From IMG/VR virus record IMGVR_UViG_3300022602_000034: a DNA stretch of 64,000 nucleotides. One strand, written 5' to 3'. Positions 36,976 through 50,100 of this stretch are shown here, one piece after another (positions within the stretch are counted from its first letter, which is position 1; the number at the start of each line of letters is the position of its first letter). A program made the translations under genes and the position numbers. The notes beneath the pieces were generated by a model. It was not told the origin of the DNA. It did not search any database and saw nothing but the letters and a program-made list of their open reading frames with translations. Source of the stretch: an uncultured virus (IMG/VR IMGVR_UViG_3300022602_000034) (taxonomy: Duplodnaviria; Heunggongvirae; Uroviricota; Caudoviricetes).

Positions 36976-39900
36976 ATGCCAGAAGATACAGTCAATCAGT
37001 ATAGAGCACCCAAACAGTTTAGTGATGATAGAGGTGGCGCAAACTTATTCCCGCATCCCATTGTTGGTATTGTAAAGCACAACATTGATCCTACCCGTAC
37101 AGGTATGATTCGTGTATTGTTGAAACGAATGAACGGTGCTTATCCTGAAGATATTCCTGCTAACTGGTCAAGCCCCATTCGTTATCTAAGTCCTTTCTTT
37201 GGGTATACCCCGAATGAATCAAGTACAAATGACAATGGAAGTTTTGCTGGTAATCCACATAGTTATGGCATGTGGATGACACCTCCTGACATAGGCACAG
37301 AAGTATTATGCATATTTGCTAATGGAGATCCTAACTTTGGATACTACATTGGCTGCATTCCTATTCCAGGACTTAATCATATGGTGCCTGCTATTGGTGC
37401 CGCAGATAAAGTTATATTGAACAATCAAGAGGGTGCTAGTTATGGTGGTGCATTGCGTCTTCCGGTTGGAGAAATAAACAACGCTAACGACAAGAATGCA
37501 AACTCAGGTGTATTAAGCGACCAAGCAAGACCTGTACATAGTTATCAAGCTGCGATTTATAATGCTCAAGGATTATTGAGAGATCCGGATAGGGGTCCTA
37601 TTGGTTCAAGCTCCCAGCGTGAAAGCCCTAGTAGAGTATTTGGTATCAGTACTCCGGGTCGTCCTATATATGCAGGTGGATATACTGATGATAATATTCA
37701 AAATGCAATCAATGATAACAGTGTTCCTGATGCTAGTTTAAAAGTCACTGGTAGAGTAGGTGGACATACATTTGTTATGGACGACGGTGATGTTGAAGGC
37801 AATGACCAATTGGTTAGAATTCGTACTGCACAAGGTCATACTATATTAATGAACGATGCGGCGCAAACATTGTTCATTATGCATAGCAACGGACAAAGCT
37901 ATATTGAGTTAGGTAAAGAGGGTACAATTGATATGTACTCAACAAACTCAGTAAACATTAGAACACAAGGTGATTTGAACTTACATGCTGATAGAGATAT
38001 CAACATGAATGCAGGTAGAGATTTAAACATCTTTGGTAAAAATACACACATTGAAAGTCAAGAAAATACAACACATTTCACTGGTAAAGCTATGAACACT
38101 ACAGTGTTGGGTACTCATACACATCATATAGGTGGTAGTTATAGCGTATTAGCAGGTAATGATGTTGGATTGTCAGCAACATTAGGATCAGTATATTTAA
38201 AAGGTGGTCCAATGATTATGATGAATAGTGGCATCTGTCCAACTGTTCCATTACCAGCAAGTCAGCTTCCTAGGGTATTACACACTGATACATTGTATGA
38301 TTCTAACGTGGGATATGCGGCTGCTCCGCAAAAACTATCAAGTATTGTTAGTCGTGCCCCTGCTCATGCTCCGTGGGCTGCTGCAGGAAAAGGAGTCGAT
38401 GCTACTGCTGATTTAAATTCAGGTAATGCAGTTGCTAGTGTTCCTTCCCCAATAGTAACTCAAGTTAATTCAACAGTCCCACCTTCACCAATTAACCCAA
38501 CTAATGAAACTCTTGTTGCAACAGTACCAACTACATCTCAAGTAGCAAGTTCAGGCTCAATTGATCCAGCAACAACATCAGCTATGGTTTCTCAAATGGC
38601 TGTAACTGCTTCAACAGGACCAGCAGGAGAAGCAATTCAACAATCTGCCGCGGTGGTTGATACGGGAACTAATAAACAAATTGTCATTGGTTCATTGGGA
38701 CTAACACCTCAACAACTTGTAACAGCCGGTTACTTAAAACCCGGATCTGATATTGCTGTTCAAGCATCAATTAATGCCGGACAATCAATAGAACAATCAA
38801 TGACACCTAACTTCTTTACTGGTAAAGATGGTATCAATAGTCTTGCTGATTTAGTAGGAAACACTTTGGTTCAAACTAACATTGCATCAACACTATTAAA
38901 CAAAGCTAAAGATACACTAGTAAATCAAGGTGTCATTACAGGTAAAGAGGCTATTTCACAAACCGGTGGATTGATTATGAGTACCGCTGTTGCAGGATTA
39001 AAACCCACATTACAATATGCAGGAAATGCAGCTAAATCGTTAATTCAGGGTGATACTGCAGGGTTTACTAAAAACATTTCAGCAATTGGCGATAATATTT
39101 CAGGTACAATCAATAACGTTGAAGATAAGATTTCATCCACTGTTTCTAATATTGAAAACAATATTTCAACAACAGTATCTAATCTTGAAAATTCTATCGA
39201 GAATGGAATCAGTAATGCATATGATAACATCAGTTCTTCTATTGATGATTTAATGTCAGGTGGTTTATTTGCATCATTGGACGTTGAGGAACGTTTGAAT
39301 TCTACTAAAGTAGATTCGTTCTTAAAAGGATTACAAGACAATACTGCGGGGGCATTTAACCAAGTTATCTCAGCATTTAGAGCATTGGAACCTAACGTTC
39401 CAATCAGTCTGTCGGCAGCAAATGATGGGTTACAAGCTGAACTAACAGCAGCAGATTTGCCACCGGCTAACCCAACTACATACGCAGATGCAAGCAACAT
39501 ATTGAATAAACAATCTTCTAATCAAGGATTCGTCAACAGTGTTGTTTTGGTCATGGATTTAGCTAAAGGTACTGATATTAGCACTGTATCATCAGATGTA
39601 AGTAATAATTCAAATATTAACCAATTAGTAACTACATCAGGTGGCACACCTTCTGATACCCCTGTCACATTAAGCGTAGCATCAAATGATGCGGTAGTGG
39701 GAGGAGTAGCCGGTGGATTGACCGCAATCAGCAACGTTGTAACAAACGGACAAACACCCGTACAATCAATACCGGGCACAGGACCAGTATCAACATTAGT
39801 CACTAATGTTTCAGGTGCGATAGGTACGACACAGAGTTTTGTATCTTCAATTCAAGGTGTGGCAACTAAACTACAATCTAGCGGATTGTTGAGTATGGCA

Positions 39901-40293
39901 TCATCGGGATTAAACAAAGCAGGCTTATCACAGTTATCCGGAGTACTGGGATCACTAGGTCTTGGTGGTCCGTTCAAAACTTCACTACCTACAATGGCAA
40001 CTGCTACTAATAAGATTGCGGCAGTTGAAGCTCAGTCACGTAGATTATTAGGAGATCCTAAGATTCCACCAATTAATCTTACAGGAAAATCTACTGCTAC
40101 TGTCTCTACTGCTCAAATTGAAGCTAAAAATAAACAAGTTTCTCAATTAAATGCGGCAGTAGAAAAGCAACAACAAGCAAAAGATAAATGGGCAACTGCA
40201 AGAGACATGAACGGTGATACTGATCCAGCGACACTACAAGCACATGCTGAGTATGTTCAGGCTACTCAACAAGTGGATTCATTAACTGCATAA
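36976..40293 (+). CDS. gp5: Baseplate central spike (gp5/VgrG-like) with long C-terminal extension
   Basis: OB-fold-like GIVKHNIDPTRTGMIRV...SYGMWMTPPDIGTEVLCIFANGD, beta-helix GHTFVMDDG...RTAQGHTILMND...GDLNLHADRDINMNAG. Confidence 0.75.
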   Translation: MPEDTVNQYRAPKQFSDDRGGANLFPHPIVGIVKHNIDPTRTGMIRVLLKRMNGAYPEDIPANWSSPIRYLSPFFGYTPNESSTNDNGSFAGNPHSYGMWMTPPDIGTEVLCIFANGDPNFGYYIGCIPIPGLNHMVPAIGAADKVILNNQEGASYGGALRLPVGEINNANDKNANSGVLSDQARPVHSYQAAIYNAQGLLRDPDRGPIGSSSQRESPSRVFGISTPGRPIYAGGYTDDNIQNAINDNSVPDASLKVTGRVGGHTFVMDDGDVEGNDQLVRIRTAQGHTILMNDAAQTLFIMHSNGQSYIELGKEGTIDMYSTNSVNIRTQGDLNLHADRDINMNAGRDLNIFGKNTHIESQENTTHFTGKAMNTTVLGTHTHHIGGSYSVLAGNDVGLSATLGSVYLKGGPMIMMNSGICPTVPLPASQLPRVLHTDTLYDSNVGYAAAPQKLSSIVSRAPAHAPWAAAGKGVDATADLNSGNAVASVPSPIVTQVNSTVPPSPINPTNETLVATVPTTSQVASSGSIDPATTSAMVSQMAVTASTGPAGEAIQQSAAVVDTGTNKQIVIGSLGLTPQQLVTAGYLKPGSDIAVQASINAGQSIEQSMTPNFFTGKDGINSLADLVGNTLVQTNIASTLLNKAKDTLVNQGVITGKEAISQTGGLIMSTAVAGLKPTLQYAGNAAKSLIQGDTAGFTKNISAIGDNISGTINNVEDKISSTVSNIENNISTTVSNLENSIENGISNAYDNISSSIDDLMSGGLFASLDVEERLNSTKVDSFLKGLQDNTAGAFNQVISAFRALEPNVPISLSAANDGLQAELTAADLPPANPTTYADASNILNKQSSNQGFVNSVVLVMDLAKGTDISTVSSDVSNNSNINQLVTTSGGTPSDTPVTLSVASNDAVVGGVAGGLTAISNVVTNGQTPVQSIPGTGPVSTLVTNVSGAIGTTQSFVSSIQGVATKLQSSGLLSMASSGLNKAGLSQLSGVLGSLGLGGPFKTSLPTMATATNKIAAVEAQSRRLLGDPKIPPINLTGKSTATVSTAQIEAKNKQVSQLNAAVEKQQQAKDKWATARDMNGDTDPATLQAHAEYVQATQQVDSLTA

Positions 40294-40300
40294 ATAAAGT

Positions 40301-40750
40301 ATGGCAACATTCATTGGTTTTAACACACAAAATTACACAACCGTTCGTCCAACTCAGATTGGAACAGGAGCAGATGCTGGCATCGGAGGATTTACCAAAC
40401 CCAACTTGTTTGGTAAAAAGTTTACAGGGTATGACGAACAAATCGTAATTCGTGACTTTATAAATGCGTTGAATATTACGCAGGGTTCTAAGCCAGGGAA
40501 CCCCAAATATGGAACAACATTGTGGTCTTTTATTTTTGAACCAAATGACACGACTACCCAAGCAGCATTGGACACTGAAATTAGAAGAATTGGTGCGCTT
40601 GACCCTAGAATGGTTATCAATAATATTCAGATGTATAACCAAGATAACGGTATTCTTTTAGAAGTAGAATTTGCAGTTGTGCCCTTCAACAACGTACAAA
40701 CATTGCAAATATTATTTGACCAAGGTAGCAACACCGCCTCCCAACAGTAA
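40301..40750 (+). CDS. gp25: Baseplate wedge subunit gp25-like
   Basis: DFINALNITQGSKPGNPKYGTTLWSFIFEP...DPR. Confidence 0.88.
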   Translation: MATFIGFNTQNYTTVRPTQIGTGADAGIGGFTKPNLFGKKFTGYDEQIVIRDFINALNITQGSKPGNPKYGTTLWSFIFEPNDTTTQAALDTEIRRIGALDPRMVINNIQMYNQDNGILLEVEFAVVPFNNVQTLQILFDQGSNTASQQ

Positions 40751-40770
40751 AAAACGCCATTTTCTGTAAT

Positions 40771-40778
40771 GATAAATA
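40771..40778 (+). promoter_or_regulatory. Late promoter GATAAATA
   Basis: Intergenic, 21 nt before ATG 40800. Confidence 0.65.
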
Positions 40779-40799
40779 CATTATTGAGAGAATAAACCT

Positions 40800-43700
40800 A
40801 TGGCAACAAGTTCAAGACAATCAGCAATCTTTGGGGTAAACGATTGGAAATCAATCTATAAAAATTATAGCCAAGCAGATTTCCAGAGCTATGACTACGA
40901 AACACTAAGAAAAGTGTTCGTGGACTATCTACGCGCCAACTATCCTGAAACATTTAATGACTATGTAGAATCTAGCGAATATGTTGCTTTGCTTGACGTT
41001 ATTGCATACATGGGCCAAGCCCTTGCTTTTCGTAATGACTTAAATACCCGTGAAAATTTCATTGATACTGCTGAACGTAGAGATAGTGTAATTAAATTAG
41101 CCAACTTAGTTGGATATAATCCTAAACGTAATCTGAGTGGTCAAGGATTTGTAAAAATTACCAATATTGCAACTACCGAGCAATTGCGTGATATTAACAA
41201 TGTTAACTTAACGAATCTAACCATTCTTTGGAATGATGCTGCTAATCAAAATTGGCAACAACAATTTAATACTGTATTGAATGCTGCCTTAATTAATAGC
41301 CAACGAATCGGTAATCCAGGACATTCTGCAAGTATTGCTGATGTACAAACTGATGAATATAGCGTTCAAGTTCCCACAGGAACACTCCCAACATTTACAT
41401 TCTCAGCTAATGTCAATAACATAAACATGACATTTGAATGTGTTAGTATGTCTAGCGTAAACTCAACAAGTTTATATGAAATGGACCCAGGAACAACTAC
41501 TACTTTCAATATTTTATATCGTAATGATATGTTGGGTTATGGTAGTGCAAATACAGGATTCTTCTTATACTTTAAGCAAGGTACACTTGAAACATATAAT
41601 TTTAGTTTAGCTAATCAATTAGCAAATCAAACAGTTGATATCCCAATTCAAGGTATTAACAATGAAGATACTTGGTTGTACAAAATTGATTCAATCTCAC
41701 AAGCATTAAGTAAATGGACTCAGGTAGATAGCATATATTCTACCAGTTACACTAAAACACCAAACCAAACAGTGTTCAGCGCAACATCCGGATATAATGA
41801 CCAAGTAACTTATAACTTTGGTGATGGTGTATTTGGTCAGATTCCTGTAGGTAATTTTATTGCTTATTTACGTGCAAGTGACGCCACAACATATACGATT
41901 GATCCAAGCGAATTCCAAGGCACAACAGTTCAAATTCCATATGTCAGTGCAAATGGACGCACTGAAACGTTGACTATTGGTATTGAATTGACATTACCAG
42001 TGTCAAATGCACAAGCTCGTGAAACATTAGCTAATATCAAAGAACGTGCTCCTCAACGTTACTATACGCAAAATCGTATGGTTAATGGCGAAGACTACAA
42101 TAACTTCCCATTTACACTATACAGTTCAATTATCAAAAGCAAAGCATTGAATCGTAGTAGTATTGGTGTAAGCCGTAATTATGATTTATTAGATCCAAGC
42201 GCACGTTATTCAAGCACTAATGATTTTAGTGATGACGGTGGTTTGTTTCAAATTATTGATGATGGTTTTGTTAACTTAACTGTTTCTACTACTAATGATA
42301 TTGTTAGATTCTTAACAGACAACCTAGCAAGTATCCTTAGTAGCAACCGCTCATATCAATTTTACGTACAAGAGTTTGATCGTTACTTGGCACAAGCTGA
42401 TTCTGGCACCGGTGAAGTATTTTGGGAACAAACAACCAACGATGCAACTGAATGTACTGGTTTCTTTTTAACTACACTTGCTCCAATTAGTGTAGGTGTG
42501 TATGCAAGTAACACAGTTAAGTACATTACTGAAGGCGCATTGTTGGGGTTTATTCCACCTGCAGGTTTTTACTTTGATGTAAATAATCGTTTAGTTCCTG
42601 GATTACCTGGACCAAGTGATATCACTGTTATTTGGACAAGTGTATCAAATGTAGTTGGTGATGGATCAAACGCAGGTCAAGGTAACCTCTCAACTGGATT
42701 GGGCCCGATCACATTAACTAATCCTGTACCAACAGGATGTATCTTAGTTTCAATCGCACCGTCATTTACAAACGTATTTGGCAATGCACTGATTCAAAAT
42801 ATCATCACATCAGTGACACTAAATCAAAGTTTTACATTGGTTTACAATAATTCATTCTTAGCTAATCAAGAACGTTGGTCACTAAGCACAATTGACGACA
42901 GTAGCTATTTTGTAAAATTCTTAAGTTTAGGTAATAACAATTATCAAGTAACATACCGTTCAATCATTTATTACTTTGGTAGTGTAGCTAACATTAAATT
43001 TGTGTTTGATAGAGATAAAATTATCTATGATCCAGTTACTGGTGAATTGATGAAAGATACTATTACTGTATTGAAATCAAATAGTCAATATGGTTCTAAC
43101 TATCCAATTGCACAAGATGTGAAATTAGAAGTAGTTGGTCAAATGATTGAAAGTGACGGATACGTTGATGACTATTCTATTGAAGTATCTACATCGGGCT
43201 TGACAGTTCCTGGAACAAATAAAAACCCAGACTTCTTTAATGAGATTACTGGTTATAATTATGGTTCTTTAAATCTAAGACAATTTGCGTTCTTTAATAA
43301 AATAACAGACACAAACTTGTTAACAAGAAATGTTATGGTAGCATCTACTGATATTGTTTATAGCTATGGAACACTAAGCGATATTGCATTGGTTAAGTAT
43401 GATTACCCTGTTGGTCAAATATTTTATGCAGTGTTAGAAAACAGATTCTATCAGTTGATACAAGATCCAACATACAATAACATTGTTGATTTAGTATCAG
43501 CCCCTACATATAGTGTTAAGTATGGTCGTCAGGGTATGTATTTCCAATATAGACATGTATCGGGTGACACTAACCGTGTTGATCCTGCAACTACTAACAT
43601 TATTGATTTGTATGTGTTGCCACAAGGCTATTATACTAGTTATCAAAACTGGATAGCTGACACTACTGGTAAAGTAAGTGAACCATTAGTACCAACTATA

Positions 43701-44153
43701 ACTGAATTGACACAGGATTACAATCAGTTAAATAGTTATAAGATGTTAACCGACAGCGTAATTTTAAACTGTGCTAAGTTCAAACCATTGTTTGGATCAA
43801 AAGCTCCTTCTGAATTGCAAGGGACTATCAAGTTAGTTAAGTCATCAACAACAAACGCTAGTGATGGAGAAATTATTTCTACAGCACTAACTAACATCAA
43901 CTCATATTTTGACATCACAAACTGGGACTTTGGTGACACCTTCTATTTCAGTGAATTAAGTGCATACTTGCATTCTGAGATGGGAGATATGATTAGCTCT
44001 GCTATTCTAGTTCCAAATGACCCAACATTAACGTTTGGTGATTTGTATGAAATTAACTCAGCACCATATGAAATTTTTGTAAGCGCAGCTACCGCAGCAA
44101 ACATAACAGTAATCACAGCTCTAACACCGGCTGCATTGACCCCCGCAGGATAA
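40800..44153 (+). CDS. gp6: Baseplate wedge subunit gp6-like
   Basis: DFQSYDYETLR, LLDVIAY, ENFIDTAERRDSVIKLANLVGYNPKR, FGDGVFGQIP, ETLANIKERAP..Y.TQNRMVNGEDY. Confidence 0.88.
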   Translation: MATSSRQSAIFGVNDWKSIYKNYSQADFQSYDYETLRKVFVDYLRANYPETFNDYVESSEYVALLDVIAYMGQALAFRNDLNTRENFIDTAERRDSVIKLANLVGYNPKRNLSGQGFVKITNIATTEQLRDINNVNLTNLTILWNDAANQNWQQQFNTVLNAALINSQRIGNPGHSASIADVQTDEYSVQVPTGTLPTFTFSANVNNINMTFECVSMSSVNSTSLYEMDPGTTTTFNILYRNDMLGYGSANTGFFLYFKQGTLETYNFSLANQLANQTVDIPIQGINNEDTWLYKIDSISQALSKWTQVDSIYSTSYTKTPNQTVFSATSGYNDQVTYNFGDGVFGQIPVGNFIAYLRASDATTYTIDPSEFQGTTVQIPYVSANGRTETLTIGIELTLPVSNAQARETLANIKERAPQRYYTQNRMVNGEDYNNFPFTLYSSIIKSKALNRSSIGVSRNYDLLDPSARYSSTNDFSDDGGLFQIIDDGFVNLTVSTTNDIVRFLTDNLASILSSNRSYQFYVQEFDRYLAQADSGTGEVFWEQTTNDATECTGFFLTTLAPISVGVYASNTVKYITEGALLGFIPPAGFYFDVNNRLVPGLPGPSDITVIWTSVSNVVGDGSNAGQGNLSTGLGPITLTNPVPTGCILVSIAPSFTNVFGNALIQNIITSVTLNQSFTLVYNNSFLANQERWSLSTIDDSSYFVKFLSLGNNNYQVTYRSIIYYFGSVANIKFVFDRDKIIYDPVTGELMKDTITVLKSNSQYGSNYPIAQDVKLEVVGQMIESDGYVDDYSIEVSTSGLTVPGTNKNPDFFNEITGYNYGSLNLRQFAFFNKITDTNLLTRNVMVASTDIVYSYGTLSDIALVKYDYPVGQIFYAVLENRFYQLIQDPTYNNIVDLVSAPTYSVKYGRQGMYFQYRHVSGDTNRVDPATTNIIDLYVLPQGYYTSYQNWIADTTGKVSEPLVPTITELTQDYNQLNSYKMLTDSVILNCAKFKPLFGSKAPSELQGTIKLVKSSTTNASDGEIISTALTNINSYFDITNWDFGDTFYFSELSAYLHSEMGDMISSAILVPNDPTLTFGDLYEINSAPYEIFVSAATAANITVITALTPAALTPAG

Positions 44154-44167
44154 TATAGGTAATATAA

Positions 44168-47100
44168 ATGGCAACAATTAGAACACTTGATTTTTTACCA
44201 GAGATTTTTCAAACCACACCTAACCAACAATTTTTATCATCTACATTAGATGTGTTGGTACAACAACCTGACTTTAATAGAGTTCAAGGTTTTATTGGTA
44301 GTAAGTTTGGGTATGGTGTCAACTCAACCGATCAATATATCAGTGAACCCACTAGTATTCGTAAAAACTATCAACTTGAACCTGCTATTGTCTTTACAAA
44401 AACAGGTACTAATAAAGCAGTTGACTTACTCACATACCCCGGAACAATAGATGCATTGAAACATAACGGTTCCATCACAGATAACCACAACCTATTGTTC
44501 TCTAGTGAATTCTATTCATGGGATAGTTTTGTTGATTTAGATAAAATGATTAACTATAGTCAGTACTACTGGATTCCAGAAGGTCCTGAGCCAGTAACAG
44601 TTACCAACACTCAGATATATTCACAGTTAAATTATCAAGTTACCGATAATATATTAGATTATTCATTTACAACTAACAAGTTTAACATAACACAAACTAA
44701 CCCTGATATTACATTAGTTCGTGGTGGTACATATGAGTTTGTAGTTAACCAAGCTACAAACTTTTGGATACAAACTGAGCCTGGGATTTCTGGTATTGAT
44801 TCAACTAAATCAAACATTTCAACAAGAGAAGTATTTGGTGTAACTAATAACGGGTTAGCTGATGGTACAATCACATTCAATGTACCTAACGCCGATGACC
44901 AAGATTCAATGATTTATCCAGTTGGATTAGAAGTTGATTTAGCATGTAATTTAACTGTTGAGCAAGTTGATGGTCTATTAGCAAGTGATGTTATCATTGA
45001 TAGTGTTTCTTTCCTAAACAACAAAACTGTAATATTTACAGAAATCTCTCCAACTTCAACATCAACTATTAACGGTCAATCAATTGAAGTTAACAAGTAC
45101 TATTATCAAATTACCTATCTAGTTGGTGTTGATGGAACAACTACAACTAAACTAACACCGGTTGGTTTAATACCTGACAATCAAGCAATTGTAATCAAGT
45201 CAGGTACTCAATATATTGGCAGACAGTTTGTTAAAAATTCATACGACTATATCTCATTAGTACCAATCATTACAGCTTCATATGATACATTGTATTATCA
45301 AGATGGTACTGATCCTACTAAGTTTGGTAAAATAAAACTTATCAATTCTAACATCTCTGTGATACTTGACGTTAATGATATTATTGGTAAAGCAACATAT
45401 ACTAGTCCAAATGGAATCACTTTCACAAATGGATTGAAAGTTCAATTCCAAGGTAATGTTGTACCACAAAAATACTTAACAGACTTATACTATGTTGAGG
45501 GCGTTGGTACTAGCATTGTGTTGGTGCCTGAATCTGAATTAACAGTGCCTGAAAATTATAGTCAAACATTGACAACCGCGTTTGATGACACAACTCATGG
45601 TTTTGACGCATTACCTTTTAGTGAATCATTCTTTTTACCAGTAACTCCTGATTATCTTACTATCAATCGCGGTGCATTGAATAGAAATGCATGGTCAAGA
45701 AGCAATCGTTGGTTCCATACAGATGTTTTAAAAATGTCAATTAGCAACAACTTAATCGCACCTTTAGCAAGCGCCGCATTAAGTAGTTCATCAAGCATGG
45801 CTAAACGCCCAATCTTAGAATTCTATCCTAACTTGAAACTATTCAATTATGGTTCTGTCGCTAGAGGAAGTGTAAATTACATTGACTTTAACACAACTGA
45901 TGCTTTTACTCAAGTAGCAGGTCAAGTTAGCTATATGCCTGACGGTAATACATCGTCAATCAATGATGGAACTAAGATTATTTTTGCTGCTGATTCTAAT
46001 CCAGATGTTAGAAACAAAATCTATGAAGCACAAATTGAAGCTATTGACGATTCTTCAAAAGTAACATTAACAACTGTTTTGGCAAGAGGATATTCACAAG
46101 TACGCTTTGCAATCCCACATCAGGTTGTACCTCCTACAGTAGGTAGATATTATTTTGTTACCAATAATAGTAACGTCAACTATAACGGTTCTTACATTGT
46201 AACTGACAGTACTCAAACATCTGTTACATTGTTGTATCCAGCTGATCCGGGTACTTTTGGTACAGGAACAACTACTATGGTTGTGCAACCTGAAATTGTG
46301 TTAGCACCAATCGCTGAAATTAACTTCAACGACATGGTATCAGTATTAGCCGGCGATTCAAATGCAGGATTATCTTTCTACTTCAATGGATTAAACTGGA
46401 TACAAACACAACAAAAAACAACAGTTAATCAAGCACCGTTATTTGATTTGTTTGATTACTTGGGTAACAGTTTAGGTGAACAAGATTACTATCCTAGTTC
46501 AGACTTTGTTGGTTGTACTTTACTAGAGTACAAACGTGGTACTGGTACTAACGATAGCATTTTGGGATTTCCTATTAGCTATACTAGCGTTAGTAATTTA
46601 GGTGACGTTGAGTTTAATATCTCATTGAATAGCGCAACCTTCAACTATTCATTGAACAATGTGTCAACAACTGCGCTTGTAAAAACTGCATACGTTTATG
46701 ACTATTCTTCAAATATAAATTTTACTAGGAACATTGGTTGGCAAACGGCAGTTGATACAAGTTATCAAAACCAAGTGTTTGATCTTCAGTACACAGGTGT
46801 ACCTTATATTCCTACATTCACATTAGATATTGCAATGAAGGATCCAACTAGCACTAAATGGCCTACTATTGTTGTGTATGTTGATAATTCTCGTATAGAT
46901 TCATCACAGTATACAGTCTCCACAACAAGTGACAGTACAACTGTTACATTAACAACTATCCCTGCTATAGGTACACCGGTTGTTATTATGTTATATAGTG
47001 ACCAAGTTAGTAAAATTGGTTACTACGAGATACCAACAACTATGGAAAGTAACCCGTTTAACCAAGCGATTGGATTAATCACGTTGGGTGATGTTCGTGG

Positions 47101-50100
47101 GCATTACAAGAGCATTTGTAATAATATTTCTAACTTAAGTGGTAGTGCATTTGGAGCAAACAACTTTAGAGATTTAGGTAACTTAGTTCCCTACGGTACA
47201 CGTATTATTCAAAACAGTGCACCGCTAGTGTTACCGGCTGCGTTTATTAGAAATAATGATTTTAACTTTTTCTCTGCTGCATCATATAATGCGTATGAGT
47301 ATGATAAATTTAAAAATTTAATGGTTGCAAGTATCAATACATTGCAACTAGACTTAACACAATCAACTGCAACATTGTTAGATGATATTATCGGTAATAT
47401 AACAGCGTCCGGTACAGAATCAAGCCCATTCTTTTGGAGTGATATGCTACCAAGCAAAACTCCTACCGTATCAAATACCTATAGTTTTAAAACTAACTTA
47501 CCAATCTCATATTTTCAATTGAGTCAAGTTTATAATTTTACTACTGCTAACTATAACAGCGTATTGGTATATTTAACACGTACGGTAGAAGCACAAGGTA
47601 CAACAGTAACTCAACTTATAAGAGATGTTGATTATATTGTTTCTCCTACTACTGCTAGATTAGAAATCATTAGTGACTTATTGCCAAATGATATTATCAC
47701 TATCAATGAATATTCACAAACATATGGAAACTTTGTACCAAGTACACCAACTAAGTTGGGATTATACCCAGCATTCTTACCTGAGTTGGTGTTAGATGAT
47801 ACATATTCAACCCCAACATACTTCATAAGAGGTCATGATGGTTCACAGACTAAACTATACGGTGATTATGCTAATGGATTGTTAACTGATTTACGTGACA
47901 AGGTTTTGTTTGAATATGAAATGCGTGTCTACAACAACTTGAAAGTGGCAGTATCCACACCTATCAACATGGATGAGATTATTCCAGGTATGAATAGAGA
48001 TGTAGGGTACACACCTGAACAGTTTTTAGCGGCATATTCTCCTAAGTTTTTAAGTTGGGTTGGTATAAATCGTGTTGACTATTCAACACAGTATTATGAC
48101 GCACATAATGAAAAAACTTGGAACTATTCAGGCAGCGGACTTAAGTCAAATAATTCAAAATTAACACAAGGTAACTGGAGAGGTATCTATCTTTGGTTAT
48201 ATGATACCACTTACCCACATACACGTCCATGGGAAATGTTAGGGTTGTATGTAAAACCAACATGGTGGGACAGTTATTATGGTGCTGCACCCTACACAAG
48301 TGAAAACTTAGTAATGTGGACTGATATTAGCAAAGGATATGTTTATAATGACGGTAATCCTTATGTAAATCAAAAACGCATTCGTCCAAACTTATTGTCA
48401 ATGATACCTGTTGATAATCAAGGTAACTTGGTATATCCATTTAATGGCATTGTTGGTAGTTATGATTTCAACAAGTTTAAGAACAGTTGGAATGTGGGCG
48501 ACATGGGACCTACAGAATTTGCATATCGCACTAGCAGTTCATGGCCATTTGATTTAGTACAACTTACCGCATTGTTACGTCCTGCTAAATTCTTCACATA
48601 CAATATTGATTTGGATGTATATGCATACAGCCAAGAGTTTAGTCAATGGTTAGTCTATAATAGACTACGTACAAATATTGGTGATCCTACCAATCTATTG
48701 AATTTCTATGGAACTGATACTACATCAGCAGAACATAGTTACTTAAACTGGATTATTGATTATCAAAAACAGTTTGGTATGAACGGAACCAGTCAAATCG
48801 TTAACTTATTCACTAACGCCGATGTAAGACTAGCATATAGAATGGCTGGATTTAGTGATAAGTCACACTTGCAGTTCTCATTGGAAATGAGTTCTACAAA
48901 TACCAATTCATTATTAATTCCCGACGATAGTTATAGTGTATTTTTATATAACAATCAACCAACAGACACATTAGTTTATTCAAGTATTATTATTCAAATA
49001 ACTCAAAATGGTTATAAAGTTTATGGTAACAAACAGTTCAATTCATATTTTTCAGCGTGTTTGCCTAAATTAGGTATCTATGATACTATTACTGTTAATA
49101 CAAATTCAGTTCAAATACCTAGAAACTTTGATGCAACTAGCAGCCAAGTCTATCCGTACGGCGCTGAGTTTTATTCAATTCAAGATTTATTGACCTTTGT
49201 TAAAGGTTACGGTGTTTATTTAGAAAGTCAAGGGTTCCAATTCAACAATATAGAGAACGGCATTGTTCTATCTTGGGATCAAATGTTGAATGAGATTCTC
49301 TATTGGATTACTACAGGATGGACTGTTGGTTCAACTATTAGTATCAACCCAGGAACAAGTCAACTTGTGGTTGATAATGGTCAATCAATTGTACAACCAT
49401 TGACATTGCAAAAAGACAACTTTATCTTAAATCAAAATCTATTGCCAATCGCAATAAATGATTTAGCTATTACTCGTTCAGATACAAAGTTATCAGTTCA
49501 AACATTGAATTCAGGTGATTCAATTTCACTATTCAATGCAACAGTGAGTACAATTGAACATGTTATTGTATTTGACAATACAACATTGTTTGGTGACTTG
49601 ATTTATAACCCAGTAACCGGATTACGCCAACAACGTATTTTCTTGCGTGGTTCTAAATCTGCAAATTGGAATGGTTCATTGAATGCTGCTGGGTTTATTC
49701 TTGCACAAGACAATATCAATGATTGGCAAGCCAATACAAAATATGTTAAAGGTACAGTAGTTAACTATAAGAACAGCTATTGGATGGCTAATGTTGATGT
49801 GGTTCAACCAAGTGCAACTTTTGACAATAAGTATTGGGATCAAACAACATATGATATGGTTCAACAAAACATGTTGCCTAACCCTAGTACAAAATCTGTG
49901 GAGTCAATCAAGTTCTACAACCCTAATCAAGCTAACTTAGCCAATGATGCTGATTTGTTGAGCTTTAGTTTGATTGGTTATAGACCACGCCCATACTTAT
50001 CTGATGCTGATTTTGATGATCCTTCACAAGTTAACTTGTATAAGAGCATGATTGAGTCTAAAGGTACTAATCAAGCTGCACAAGGATTGAATGGTATTCA

